Below are positions 49,061-62,207 of a stretch of 64,000 nt of DNA, piece after piece. The notes beneath the pieces are model-generated. The model searched no databases. It was not told the origin of the DNA and saw only the letters and a program-made list of their open reading frames with translations. The stretch lies in contig NW_027271524.1 in NCBI RefSeq assembly GCF_040938485.1, positions 992,001-1,056,000 on the forward strand, written 5' to 3'. The first letter of the stretch is position 1; each line of letters begins with the position of its first letter. The translations under genes and the position numbers were made by a program. Source of the stretch: Diadema antillarum (taxonomy: Eukaryota).

Positions 49061-51581
49061 TTTCTAGTGCTTTTGTTCCTCTCATATACGGCTCGCATTC
49101 TATGTGGTGATTGATTATGAAGCGGTGTAACCCAACTAGATTTGCTCGTACATTCTTTAAATTTCTGTCACGGTTTTATGTGCAAAAGTCACGCCTTTAC
49201 AGTAATGTAGCAACTTGTCATTCTAAAGAAAAATTCAAAAAAGATTCGTCATACAATTTATATCAAAACAAAGGTTGGTATTCCTCTTTAACTATGCCTA
49301 CTATTATGTCCATCTTAACAGAAATTTGTAGAAGTTATAAAATTATTGGAAAAACAGAATTCTTTCTCAAAGCATGACTACCTTAGTGTCTCAGAATAAC
49401 GTGGCACACAGGGGGTTTCCACCATGGCACATAAAGAGTTAAACCCATGAAGTCAATCATACAGAAGCCCAAAGATAATGACTGTTTAGTGATGCTCATT
49501 TCAACAACGTACCAGCACTTAGATGAGAAAGCTCTGATGCCATGCAACACAACACTCGATCAAGCAATAAGTGTGCAAACCAACATGTGCTGGTTATTCA
49601 AATGATTGTGCTTTATCATGCCCTTGACTTAAAAGTGATTTTAATTTTCTTACATCTTTGGACTTTCTTTTCCGGCAAGTAAAATACATGTTCGCGTATG
49701 TGTTCTGCAACAATTTGAAAATCTGTTTGTGCGACTGGGTAAGTGGTTAAAAAAAAAGTAATGTAGCACCCTGCAATAGCAAAAAATAGGTGGCTGCATA
49801 AACATAAATATAGTGGATTAAAATAACTGGATATACATACATAGAAACTATCACTAAAACAATAAGGGATGAAATGTCTAAAAACTTCTTATTTTAAGAA
49901 GAAGCGGACAGAAATCCCTGGTACTAAAGACAACTTGCAGTAAAATGATGTATCCAAACCATATTTCACTTTGCATCTGACATGAACATCTTTATAACAT
50001 GAATCCAAATTACATATTGGGTTTTTTTCCCCTCAAAAGTCACACAATATTAATCAGGAGCTCCCTTCTCTCCCACCCCTGACAGGCTGAATGAATTAGG
50101 CAGTGATGCCGATTGTTATACACAAATGAGTAATCAATAATTTATTGTGTGATTATGCAGTCATTTTTGCCTCCCCCTACGGCAACACATATCCCCCTGT
50201 TCCCTCTCATTACCATAATTTCATCAAGCCAGCAGAAATCGCTGCACGATGACTTGAATACATCAAATTGGCAATTACCAAACTGCAATTTTCCCCCCTC
50301 GCTCATTCTGGTCTCTCCTTCCTCACTCAATTTCCCCCCTCACTCTCCCTCCATCTCTTCCTCTCTCTTTTTCTGCCTCCCATCAATTTCCTTTGCTCAC
50401 TTCATCTCTCCATCTACGAACATAATCTATGTTGTGATTCGAGTCTTTTCTTTTCTCTATCCTTCTTTCCCCTTCTTTCTCTTTCTCTCTATCTCTTCCT
50501 TCATCCCCCTTGCTCTCTCTCTCTGTTTTTTTCTCCACCGCCATCCCTCGACTGCCTCCTGATTTCTCCCTCCATCTTCATGTTGCCATCTCCTGGGATC
50601 TGTTTCCTGCTTTTTCTTTTACGGGGCAACGCTCTGATTACTGGAGGGGCGGGTGAATGGACGGCGCAAAAAACAGCGGATAACACGAGCTCTCTCCCCC
50701 CCCCCCCCACCCTCCCCCCTTTCCCTATCCTTAAAAAATGAATCACATTCATCCGTGTCTGACAGCAGCTTTTGCGGCCAAAGACATCCAAGTTAGCCGG
50801 AGATCTATTAGGTGGATTTGGGGGGACTCACTTTGTCCTATTCCATACACATTTAGAGAGAGTCCTAATTAATTAGAACAGGCTAGTGCATGACTCTCGG
50901 GAGTGATACAAACACCATGGCAACCTACGAGGCTACGTGGGCTTAGATGTTTCTTTGTTGTCAGCCAGCGCCCTGATGCCGCTAATCTTGGTAAAAGAGT
51001 TGCGGAAAATTTCAGAGAAGGGATAAGTATAATATCACAAAAGCAATTTCATATAAAGACTCACAACAGTGTAAATATTTTTATAAAGAAAACATGAAAT
51101 GTATTTTCTTCTCTTTTTTGTAAACAAAAGACTTGTGACTTTGAAATAAAACCAGTAATTCTTCCTGGACTTCAAAATAATAACAATACTTTCTCTTCAT
51201 CATGCCTGGAGAATAAGTTCAACTATGTGTTTCACGGAATATAGTCTGTATACACAGAAACTTATGATTAAAGCAAATTGTATTACTCTGTGCAGAGAAA
51301 TCAATTCCCCCCCCCCCCCTTGCAAAATTAGTATGAACTTAAAGTTTCAAATTGCACTTTCTTTAAAAACACATTCCTTTGGAAGCTAATCTCACTTTCT
51401 CAAAGAGAGCTACACAAAACAAATAATGCTTAAAATATCAGAATTGACAAACTATCTCACTGTTGAAGGTTAGCAGATGTAAATAACGATGATGGATAAT
51501 ATATACGATGTGCAGTATCATACCACAGCCAAAGAGTCCACAAGACCTTTCACTATGACACACATAAGTCTTCAATCTTTT

Positions 51582-51595
51582 GTTGTCATGGTGAC
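51582..51595. promoter_or_regulatory. RFX X-box (GTTGTCATGGTGAC)
   Basis: Reverse complement GTCACCATGACAAC matches the consensus. Confidence 0.45.
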
Positions 51596-53112
51596 CAAAT
51601 GAAAAGCCATTGGATGATGATGAGGAGGAGGAGGAAAATTATGATGCACAGTATCACCTACTGGCCTCAATCGCTCTCAATCTCTTTTATTCATCTTGCG
51701 CTTAGATTCGGGAGGGTGATGTAACGTGATCAATCATTTTTAGTGAAAGAGAGGGGGATATATTGAATTAAAAGTTGACCTTTCCAACCAAAAAATGGTT
51801 ATAAGCTCATAATACAGTCCAAAATTATTTCAAATCATCTGTTTTACTTGTTAGCGCATGTATACTGCACTCCCTCAATCAAATTTCACAAAAAGCACAT
51901 ATTGCATTCCAAGAACATACAGTATTTTCCTCTTTTTTTCAAGAAAAAACTTCAAACACGCTTGACATTGTAAACAGCTGGCTAGTTAGCAGCTCTGAAT
52001 ATTCACATGTAATCGGCAATTAAATTACTGTTTTGTGAAATAGTGGTAATCCTGTAAATGCAGGGTTGTCATTTTTTGCATGTGCAGCATTAATTACTAA
52101 TCTTTAGAATTTTGCTCGTTTCTATGGTCTTTACACTCCTAATGATATCAGACTGTGTACAGAGAAAAAGAAAGCGAAAAATTGAGATAGAAGAAATGAT
52201 TTACATATGTTGTTTGTTTTTTGAAACCAAGACAGTCATCATTAAGGTGCCTCACATCCATTTTAAAGCATGCATTGTCTGATTCATTTTGCCGTACCCA
52301 AGTATTTACATTGACGATCTGCAGCAAGTGTTCCAAAGTGTCCACAATCTCAAACTTCATGTGTAATCAAAAATGTTATTTCATAGTTTGCCCAATTGAA
52401 GAGTCTGACTACGTACAATGTATGTTGTACTCTCCCATTTTTTCTGATTACAATTTTTTTTTGCAAATTTTTCACAAAAAACTAGGGAAAAAGAACTTGG
52501 CAGGGGCTAAAAGGTAGCCATTCCATTCCCTTGTGCCTGTTGCCATCCAGTCTCTTTGCATCCTCTCACAACTCTTATTGGCTGACTCACTTCCCAAGAC
52601 ATAGTGCCAATTTGCAGGCACTGTTATGCCATTCTCATTGCCACCAAAATAATGTTTTTTTTTTTATAGTCATGATCCAGATTGCGATCGAAATTTCAAA
52701 AGTTTTACAGTGAGAACAGAAACAACAGTGTGTGTTGATTTTTTTTTTGCAAGCTTAGGGTCACAATTCAAATCACACAAATTTGTGTGATTTTTTTTTT
52801 CAAAAAGATGCAGTGTTGTGCAGTGAGAAAGTGACCTCAAAAAATTTTGAAATGTTATATCCCCCAATGCACCGCGCATGTCGCTCCTTGATATTTTTGT
52901 TTTTTCTTTTAGCATTCTTTGGCATGCCATGGCTTATTGAATTGGCCTTAAGACATAGACTAGTATTAAGAAACCATTCATAAAATGCGCGACCCAGCTC
53001 TTCGCGTATAATCGCTATCCAAAAAGATTCACATTTTTTTGTTTACACTGACAATGCTGAATCAAAACGACACCCACCCTGATCGCATCCAAAATGTTGA
53101 AATTTTTGCAAA

Positions 53113-53223
53113 AGGCGTTTTCACATCAGCCCGATGTTTCGAAATAGCGCGTTATTTTGCTGACTATTTTCTGCGAAAAATATCTCGAGCTTGGATTTTT
53201 ATCGGGCTGATGTGAAAACGCCT
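53113..53223. mobile_element. 111-bp Harbinger-like minimal MITE
   Basis: Perfect 23-bp TIR AGGCGTTTTCACATCAGCCCGAT; shares subterminal sequence with 55034-55877. Confidence 0.75.
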
Positions 53224-53689
53224 AATGAGAAAGGCACTATTATCTCATAAAAGCATTCTGAGAGGGAAAAAAAGGGGGGGGGGAGTGGCATAGTGAAAGA
53301 GGGAGAGATAGACAGACAGACTGACAGACAGAACAACAATGACAAATACTACGAGAAGCAAAAAAGCTACTGGAAGAGGTAACATCATATATGAAGAGAT
53401 AAATGACAAAAAGATAGAGAGGTTGAGAGCTCATGAAAGACCAGGAGTAAATTGCAGACAGAGGAGTAGTGAGACAAAGGCAGAGACAACAGTCCAGTTC
53501 TCCGGAAAATTATACTGCTTCTGTTGCAGACACCATACTGTACGGACGGCAACGTTCAGGTTTCAGACATAGGAGGCGACGACCCGTCTGTAAATGCAAA
53601 GGATGCTCACTAACCATAAAGTCCTGGCGACGACGATGCTAGTTCACCCAAGGATTCCATTCTTCCCTCTGGCCTATTTCCTCGTCATC

Positions 53690-53832
53690 CTCATCCCCAC
53701 ACCCCTTCCTCCCTCCCTCCCTCCTCCCTCCTCCTCCTCCTCCTCCTCCTCATCTCCACACCCCTCCCTCCCACATCCTCCTCCTCCTCATCCCCCTCCC
53801 TCTCCATCTCCTCCTCTTCCAAAGCATCCTCT
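53690..53832. repeat. (CCT)n-rich polypyrimidine tract running into the gap
   Basis: Direct reading. Confidence 0.9.
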
Positions 53833-54333
53833 NNNNNNNNNNNNNNNNNNNNNNNNNNNNNNNNNNNNNNNNNNNNNNNNNNNNNNNNNNNNNNNNNNNN
53901 NNNNNNNNNNNNNNNNNNNNNNNNNNNNNNNNNNNNNNNNNNNNNNNNNNNNNNNNNNNNNNNNNNNNNNNNNNNNNNNNNNNNNNNNNNNNNNNNNNNN
54001 NNNNNNNNNNNNNNNNNNNNNNNNNNNNNNNNNNNNNNNNNNNNNNNNNNNNNNNNNNNNNNNNNNNNNNNNNNNNNNNNNNNNNNNNNNNNNNNNNNNN
54101 NNNNNNNNNNNNNNNNNNNNNNNNNNNNNNNNNNNNNNNNNNNNNNNNNNNNNNNNNNNNNNNNNNNNNNNNNNNNNNNNNNNNNNNNNNNNNNNNNNNN
54201 NNNNNNNNNNNNNNNNNNNNNNNNNNNNNNNNNNNNNNNNNNNNNNNNNNNNNNNNNNNNNNNNNNNNNNNNNNNNNNNNNNNNNNNNNNNNNNNNNNNN
54301 NNNNNNNNNNNNNNNNNNNNNNNNNNNNNNNNN
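53833..54333. other. Assembly gap (501 N)
   Basis: Run of N. Confidence 1.
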
Positions 54334-55033
54334 CCCCCTCCTCCTATGGCTAACATTGAATTTGAATACATAGAGGGACATATAATACAGAGCCTGAGAC
54401 ACACAAGTATTTGTACACACATGTGTACAATCCTGAATACAGTATCCTGTCTTAACCTCATCCCAATGTATTTTTTTTTCTCATTCACTTTTCCTTTGCC
54501 ATTTTCTTCTATTTGAGTATCTGCAGCTTTGTCTTCCCTTCTTTAGCCATACCTTTCCAAATGTTGTTGTTGTTGTTGTTGTTGTTGTTGTCAGCCTGTA
54601 ATGATTTTTTTTTCATACAGCTACCACATGGTCAAGGGAGTATTTCTCATGTGCTATAAAGAACTCTTGATCAGAAGATGAATATCTATATATCATTTTT
54701 TTTTTCCTTTTTCAATGTCAGAGAGGAAAAATATTGGTTCAAAAGCATGATATTGGACATGTTATGCACAGTCTAGCTTTTGTCTTTCCATGAGAAAACA
54801 TTGTTTGTAAATTTACTATGCATATCCATCACTGTGCATCTGTGTGATTTACACATAGCAGCTCTTCAGAATAACAATCCTGAGCTAGAGCACAGCATCT
54901 CGGTAAACCTCCCATCCCCACCCCCTCCAACCACAATCAAGATGCTTGAACTACCCAATGTAGCAAAGATTCTGATCAATAAGATTTGCTGTTAACCATT
55001 TCCTGGAGTTACAAGAGAGAGAGTAGTAATAAT

Positions 55034-55877
55034 AGGCGTGTCTTCATCAGCCCGAAGTTTCGAAATAGCGCGCTATCTTGCGGTTACCAAACTAGTCCGA
55101 TGTCAAAATAGCGCGCTATCTGTGTAGTGAAGACGCAGATAGCGCGCTATTTGATCGGGAAAATTTCCCCCAAAATCTTGGTCTAGTTCGTCAACTAGAG
55201 CGCTAATTCGTGAAATAGCGCGCTATCTTGGGTGCGTCTCCATCAGCCCGAAATTTTCTCGATCCCTCCACGCTTCTGGTTAGCCAGCTGGCAATGGAAA
55301 GCGCATGTACAAGCAGCTAGTGATTGTGTATAGTACATTACACGCACGGTGTATTCAAGGATCACATGTGTGTACTATAGGCCTGTTGTTGTCATCTTTA
55401 AAACCAGGGAGGTGATTTCTCTCACCTCCCTGTTAAAACTCAGTGCCGTGCATGCTAGCTGTTCTTTTGTAAACTTCTTCTGGTCCACTCTACCTTAGCT
55501 GAAGATTCTTGCAGATTGTGTGCATTTTGGATTTGTTTAAACATTGCAATTCGTTAATTTCATATAAGATGCCTCACTGGACAGAAGAAAGAGCAGCGTT
55601 ATTAATATCCCTTTGGAGAGAATTTGCTGTACTGCTCACCTCCCTGGTTGCAGAATCGTACATACGGTGATATAGGAGATTTTGAGCGGGGAAATCCACT
55701 TTCGAACCGCGAGCCAGGCAGAGTAATATTGCAAAGTGCGCATGCGTCAATTTTCGGACTAATTTCCCGAAGCACGCTGTTCGAGCTGATGAAGACGCAC
55801 ATTCGCTGTATCGGGCTATTTTCTAAGACCGCAAAATGTCCCGCTAGTTTGAACTTCGGGCTGATGAAGACACGCCT
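55034..55877. mobile_element. PIF/Harbinger-like non-autonomous element, 844 bp
   Basis: Perfect 26-bp TIR AGGCGTGTCTTCATCAGCCCGAAGTT; flanks AAT / ATT; four ATAGCGCGCTAT palindromes near the left end. Confidence 0.85.
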
Positions 55878-56168
55878 ATTGAGAAAAACAAAAACTTAAT
55901 ACTGCTCTGAACAGAGGAGTCACAGAGACCAGAGATAAGACGCAGAGACTGTCTTTCCACGGAGATGATATCCCTTTTCCCTACATTTTTTTCAGATCAT
56001 TCCAAAGAGAAATGCCTTGTCAAGCCGTAATCAGATGTAGTGTCAGGAGTGGCGTCGCCACTTTTTGAGCCCAAAGTCTGTGAAACTTGAGGGATTTCTT
56101 TGAAAATGCAAATTTTGCCTCTCTCTCTCTCGTTCTATCTCTCTTCGTCCATTCTTTCCTCCTTCCAG

Positions 56169-56343
56169 CCATGCAGTTCGCCAAGTCAGTCAGGATGCGA
56201 AGAGATTCCGCGATTGGCTACTCTGCGGACATCCAGACTTCAGTGCTGGACAGGATTTCAAGCACAAGGAATCACTGACTACCCCACAACAACAGAGGCA
56301 AGAGGCTGCATCAGCAAAGCTTGAATATACAGCAAAATCTTAG
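56169..56343 (+). CDS. Candidate terminal exon (HAVRQVSQDAKRFRDWLL...LEYTAKS* or MQFAKSVRMRRDSAIG...RNH*)
   Basis: About 50-nt polypyrimidine tract then CCAG|CCATG; GC-balanced segment with all three frames open for 35+ codons; no homology recognised. Confidence 0.25.
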
Positions 56344-58569
56344 GGGGGGGGGGCAGGAGGCACACCATTCTATATCCTCCAGCATTTTGCTAAAAGAAAG
56401 TGTTAAATGTAACTCTCGGAGGTGATAATCCTTTTTGAGGGGTAAAAACATGGCAAAAGATCTGGATGAGAAATGGGATCTACAATATGCTGAGCCCAAA
56501 CTGGCATCTAATGGAGTAGCATAACTACACATTGATATTGATAGTCAATAGATTTTAGTCATTGTGTCTACTACCCAGTGAACTAGACCTAAACTCTCCT
56601 CAGCTGAAAGAAAAAAAAAATATGCCTGGATGAGAAATCCATACAGCACAGATGCAGTAAAACACAGGTACAACTACGCAGATCTTTTTCTCATTTTCAC
56701 AAATATCATTCTATGTACCTGTACATTGTACATGTATTATGGCTGAATAATAAATGTGACGTGCACTCGGCGCATATCAAGACAACTGAAAGATATGTGT
56801 AGTTTGAGTCAAGTTAATACAAATGATTAAAGTTTCATTTGTACCAAAGGTGATCATCGACATCATGAAGATTTTGTAATCACTGCAAAAATATACAGCA
56901 ATAGGCTATAGGCGAGTATCCTAAATTATGTCATGATCTTGTCCTACATGTCGATGCAGATAATACAAGTACTTAGAATTACAAGGTAGTTTTTTTGTTT
57001 TTGTTTCGTTTTTTGTTTTGTTTTTTAATAGCGAATGCCCAGTATAATGACAGTGACCACAGTGGAAAATATTAGTTTCCAACTTAGTGTGTTCACATAT
57101 GAGTGTCGATTCTTTCTTTTGGTTTGGTCTTTTTTTTTCCAAGAAAACCTGTGATTCAAAGATTTGATAATATTGATAAAGATGGATGCTTTAAACTTTG
57201 CACTAAACTGATCCCACAATAATGTGAGGCTAGTATCTACACAATTACAGCTTACAATTCTGACAAAAAGACAATATACCAGTTATACCTCAAAGTTAAT
57301 GTGTTACGAAAGCAAAGCCACCTGAGCAGCACTACAGTATACATAGTAACTGGGACTATACACTCTGAGTGCACTGCATACATTGCCTCCACGCATGTAA
57401 TGGTTCAATTTATCAAGCAGCTGTGTGTATGTATACAGATAAGGCGCTTCCCCAACCAGTGTAAAGAGGCCCCCATGCAACCTACCACTGTCGAGCAGCC
57501 TACACGGCAGCAAAGCAGCAAGTAGCATTTGTCCCTTGCCGTGACAGCTTTATGCCTGACCAGCAGCCGACCCGACCTGGGAATGCGCATTTTTGCATGA
57601 ACGGTGGCTCGGCCGAAGGCAGTGGCAGCCTCGCCTACGGGCGACTCTTATCTCTCCGGGTCACGGAAAGATCCATGCAACAGCGAGAAAATGTGACCCA
57701 GCTTTGACTAATAAAATCTTGGCAGGGTGGATAAGAACGCAGAAAATAAAGTAGGCAGTTAGTTACACCAAGCCTTTTTCCATGCTGTACATTAACAAAA
57801 TAATCTGTACAAAGAAGCTTAGAGGGAAAAAAATGAAGAAACTAGCAAACTATGATAAAGCGTTACTGGTCTGCAAATACACAAATCAATGCATCATACA
57901 CTTGCACAGAAGGAAGATGAAGCAAAAAAACACCAAAAAAAATGTAATACGTATCTTCCACCATTTTTTTTCCGGTATTCCCCTAATGGCACATGAACAT
58001 TTATATAAATCAGCTCTTGCATCAAAAGTTCCATGACAAATATCAAAATGATCTTATATACAGAGCTTGGTCATACAAAAAAACAACAACAACAACGCAG
58101 GTCCCTGCAATCATACATATTATTATTAAGAGGTATGAATCAAGATATCTAATCTGAGTTATAATGCCAGTGAAACTAAAGCCAAAGATCTGTGAGAGCC
58201 AAAGGCAGACAAATGATAAACAATTGAGAAAGTTCCTCAAATTGTAAACAAATCATCATAGTGGGCTGCATAACAATCACCTCCACATACTCATTTTGAT
58301 GACAGGACTGTGACATCATAGTGCCACATATATGTATTTCTTGGGCAAATTTGGTGCAATTATTCCTTTAATGATTCTAAAATTATCAACCTTCTTGCAC
58401 ACATACGTAAATGTATAAAGTGCAAGGTACTTCTCAAGATGGCCACCACTGCACTGCAGCACCCGTAACACATCCTATCAAGCAATCAATATGCTGGAAT
58501 CAGAAATAGCTTCATGGATTCATACTTTAAAGTGACATTTGGTGAATAAATATGTCCTATATGTTTTAA

Positions 58570-59138
58570 AGGACAAGTTCACCTTCATAAACATAAGGAT
58601 TGAGAGAATGTAGCAATATTAGTAGAACACATCATTGAAAGTTTGAGGAAAATCAGACAATCCGTTCAAGAAATATGAATTTTTGAAGTTTTTGTGCAGT
58701 ACCCGCTGGATGAGAAGACTACAGCAGTGTATGAATAACTTAGATGTCACATGCGTACAACAATATAAGGAAAATATAAAGAGAATTTCACAAAATTCCA
58801 TCTTTTGAAAAAAGTACACATTCCCCTGACTCGTTACCGACAAATGTTATGGGTAATATTATTCCCCCTGCCTTTAGAAAGAGGCAAGTCAAGTGCTCTT
58901 TTATTATGCGAAAAAAGTGAAAATATGTTGAATTTTCTTTTACATTTTCTTTATAATGTTGTACGCATATGACTCACAAGCTGTAGTAGTCTCCTCATCC
59001 AGCGGTTCAAACACAAAAATTTAAAAAATTCATAACTTTTGCATCGATTGTCCAATTTTCCTCAAACTTTCACTGATGTGTTCTGCTAATATTGTTGCAT
59101 TTTCTCAATCCTTATGTTTATGAAGGTGAACTTGTCCT
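58570..59138. mobile_element. Kolobok-like foldback element, family D, 569 bp
   Basis: TTAA flanks; 36-bp perfect TIR AGGACAAGTTCACCTTCATAAACATAAGGATTGAGA continuing as ~230-bp imperfect inverted arms. Confidence 0.9.
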
Positions 59139-59280
59139 TTAAGGACTAAAATAACTTAGTAAAGTCCTTATTGCAGTCAACCTAAGAAATGAAAGTAAAG
59201 TGTTATTATGTCTCACAAAAATACTGACAATCTGGTTACCCCTGAAAGTGAGAGACACCTGTACAAGCCCTCTTCTTTAA

Positions 59281-59365
59281 CCCGTTGAGGACGAGTCCCG
59301 AGTATACTTGGGCAGGTGTCTATGGAAAGTGCGTGTTGTAGCAAAATCAAACCGTCCCCAACGGG
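59281..59365 (+). mobile_element. 85-bp piggyBac-like MITE
   Basis: TTAA|CCC...GGG|TTAA; the right TTAA is shared with the next element. Confidence 0.9.
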
Positions 59366-59369
59366 TTAA

Positions 59370-59731
59370 AGGTCCTGTTTACCTTTTGGAACAGTGATTT
59401 AAAAAATGTTCATGATACATTTGATACATACCATGTGTAGTAGGTCTGTTGTATCACAAAACATCCTACCATATAAAATTTTTCGCACTCAAGCTTTGAA
59501 TATAAGGAGATATCACTATTTTTCTCATTAAATGTAACTGTAGACGGTTTAGTCTGGCAACATTTTTATTAAAACTATTGTTCACATTTTGTCTATTTAA
59601 CAATACTCAGCATTGATTATATGGGCTCAAATTTCTACAGTGGTTGTTTCTATCCTAAACTCACATTTTGGAACTATTCTAAAGCACTAATGCTGGGTTT
59701 TTGTTTCATCTGCAAATAATAAATTATGCCT
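59370..59731 (+). mobile_element. TTAA-type element, family B, intact 362-bp copy
   Basis: TTAA|AGGTCCTGTTTACC...ATGCCT|TTAA. Confidence 0.8.
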
Positions 59732-61177
59732 TTAATGTGAAGTATGCATCCAGTGCATTTATTCTATATACCATCAAGAAAATAGATGTTTACTATTTCA
59801 CAGGCTTGCTCTACCATGTATGAACCATGCACTGATAATGAAGAATTTCGAAAGAATTTAGGCAGATCTACAAGTAGCTAGTGTGTTGTAAATCTTACCC
59901 AGGGATCATTTGTTTCTGGCGAAAGCATTTGGAGGGTATTAGTTAAAAACATACTACACTGTTCTCAAAACATGGGACTCTATCCCAAATTCTTCAGTCA
60001 GTTGCTGCATTATTGTTGCTTTCATTTCTTTGAATACTTGTCTTCAATGTGCTCAATGGAAGACTTTACTTTCCGTGTCTATTTGTCTATCTGTCTATGC
60101 AAAAGTTTATTCTTTTTTTTTTAAATTATATTCAAATTTGGAGGGTTTTGACTGTTTCTTTTCTATTTATCTTTTCACAGCCCTGTCCATGGATTATTGT
60201 CACTACAATCACACTAACACAGCAAAGACATGTTTTCATAGTGTAAAACAGTCTGCGTAATTATCCACAGTTGCCCCTGGTTTGTTGAAGTGAAATGGCA
60301 GTTGTTGACATTGATCCTCAGCAATGGGATGGGGGGGGGGGGGTGCAAATGGACAGCCAAGAACACAGTGTTAAGCCTTAACTCGAGGCTCAACCAGGGA
60401 CTGATTTGCAGAATGCAAACATTCTGTCAACAACCTTCTGCAGATACATCATTTAATCTCAAATACATTAAAGCAACAGGCACAGCTTTCTACTCTGTCC
60501 CTCCAATGACACTCAATATAACTACCGCTGCAAACAAGCATTATTGTGTTCGCCCAAGCTCCACTTGTGTACGTGTACTTCATTCACGAATCAATGAACT
60601 CATAACTCCATTGAATGGTCAGACTGCAGAACTTTTTTCGTCAAAACAGAAACAAAACAAAAACATGACAGAAAAATAATCACATCACAAGCATTCCATG
60701 GCCGTATCTTGAACAGACTGCATAATTACAAGATCTGGGCTCATCAGCCCATTGGCAAAATTTGAAATTTATATCTTTTAGTATGATAATACTCAAGCTT
60801 GGTGTTTCAAATCAACTTGTTGACATCACTGTTATGCACTGCATGCCACTACTACAAACAGTGTGGCATCTACTACACCATTTTATACATTGGTGCAAGA
60901 GAAAAAACAATGAAGCAGAAAAGAATTACGAAAGTAGAATTCATATAGTTTTGACAATTCTATGACTTCTCTGTAGAGCTTGTGCAATAACTAGCACAGT
61001 GGAAGCACTACACTCCAGTCAGACTCCATAGAAGCCATCTCCCTAGTACCAATCTCCCTCTCTCGGGCGCGTCACCTCTCTCTGACCCGCACAAAAATTG
61101 AGCATGCATGCACTCCACTGGCCTTTTTTTTTTCTCTCTCCCTCTCTTTCCCTCCATTCCTCTCTCGTATTTGACAG

Positions 61178-61256
61178 CCTCACGGAGCAGCTACATGCTG
61201 CGCATATGACCTCGAGGGGCTCCAGCTCTTGTGCTGAACAGGAGAACGAAAAATAG
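61178..61256 (+). CDS. Candidate short terminal exon (LTEQLHAAHMTSRGSSSCAEQENEK*)
   Basis: Long CT tract then TTGACAG|CC; GC-rich open frame; no homology recognised. Confidence 0.15.
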
Positions 61257-61357
61257 GCAGAGAGAGGGAGGGGAGGGAGAGAGTGACAACTCGTATCCCA
61301 CTCCCATCTATACACAAGCCTCCACTCCTCTCCACTGTCAACCACTGGAGAAAGCAT

Positions 61358-61371
61358 GTTGCCATGGCAAC
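61358..61371. promoter_or_regulatory. Perfect palindromic RFX X-box (GTTGCCATGGCAAC)
   Basis: Exact 14-bp palindromic consensus in a CpG-rich island. Confidence 0.6.
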
Positions 61372-62207
61372 CCATCCTCACCCAGTCTGTCTCCCTCCAT
61401 CCCCCTGGTCTCATTTCACTGTACACGCTATACGCATCTATCTTGAATGCAGTTCCATTCATTCATATCTTGGCCAGCTAACAGACCCAAAGGCCATATT
61501 CTGCTGTTCAAGAAAATCTCTTCACTATTCAGGGTTTGGGTGCTACAGAGCATCACCCCACACAGAAACTGATGGAGAAGCATTGTAGTTTGAGTCTAAC
61601 ACTGCTACGTGTGGAACTATTCCGAAACAAGACGGGAGAAACCCTACTGAAGTCATACAGTTGTACATACTGCATGACTCATCTTGCAGAGCTGGATATC
61701 GACACCAGCAGAAAACTTTGACAGAAACCTGTCAATGAGTCTCCACTCATCCAAACATGATGAGCTTGAGGAAAATACTTATAAATTTTATGTGCCAATG
61801 CTCCAGTTGCACACTTGATAAAACTGGCAAAAGTTAATGACCCTGACAAATGACAGTTCAACAATCAAAATTTGCCACGTGTTCATATCAACTTTTATAT
61901 ATGAAGGATACGAAAGGAAACCGGGTGGTAAATGGGTCATAACATGTTCCTAGCAAAAGTTATAGCTGGAAGTGACCTTTGAGCTTCAACATTTTCTTTT
62001 GCATGCAACTGATTGACTATTCATTTTATTCCTTCTTACCACATCACATCACAATTGGACATTCTCAAACCTGAAGTCGTAGTGGGAAGAATATGCCAGT
62101 TGTAATCAGACTATGGTGACCTTTGACCATTACTGTTGACCACACACCACTTTGATATCATGAATATTGTCTACTAGTACTTCTAAACATTCTTTTCGAT
62201 ATCTTAA

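Noticed and set aside
47960-53500. Similar peptides EPGVNCKQ (47898 ORF, minus) and RPGVNCRQ (53339 ORF, plus)
   Set aside because: Similarity is limited to about 25 nt in purine-rich DNA and cannot be distinguished from chance.
53594-54488. Long ORFs of 210-265 aa
   Set aside because: Artefacts of the 501-N gap and the (CCT)n repeat.
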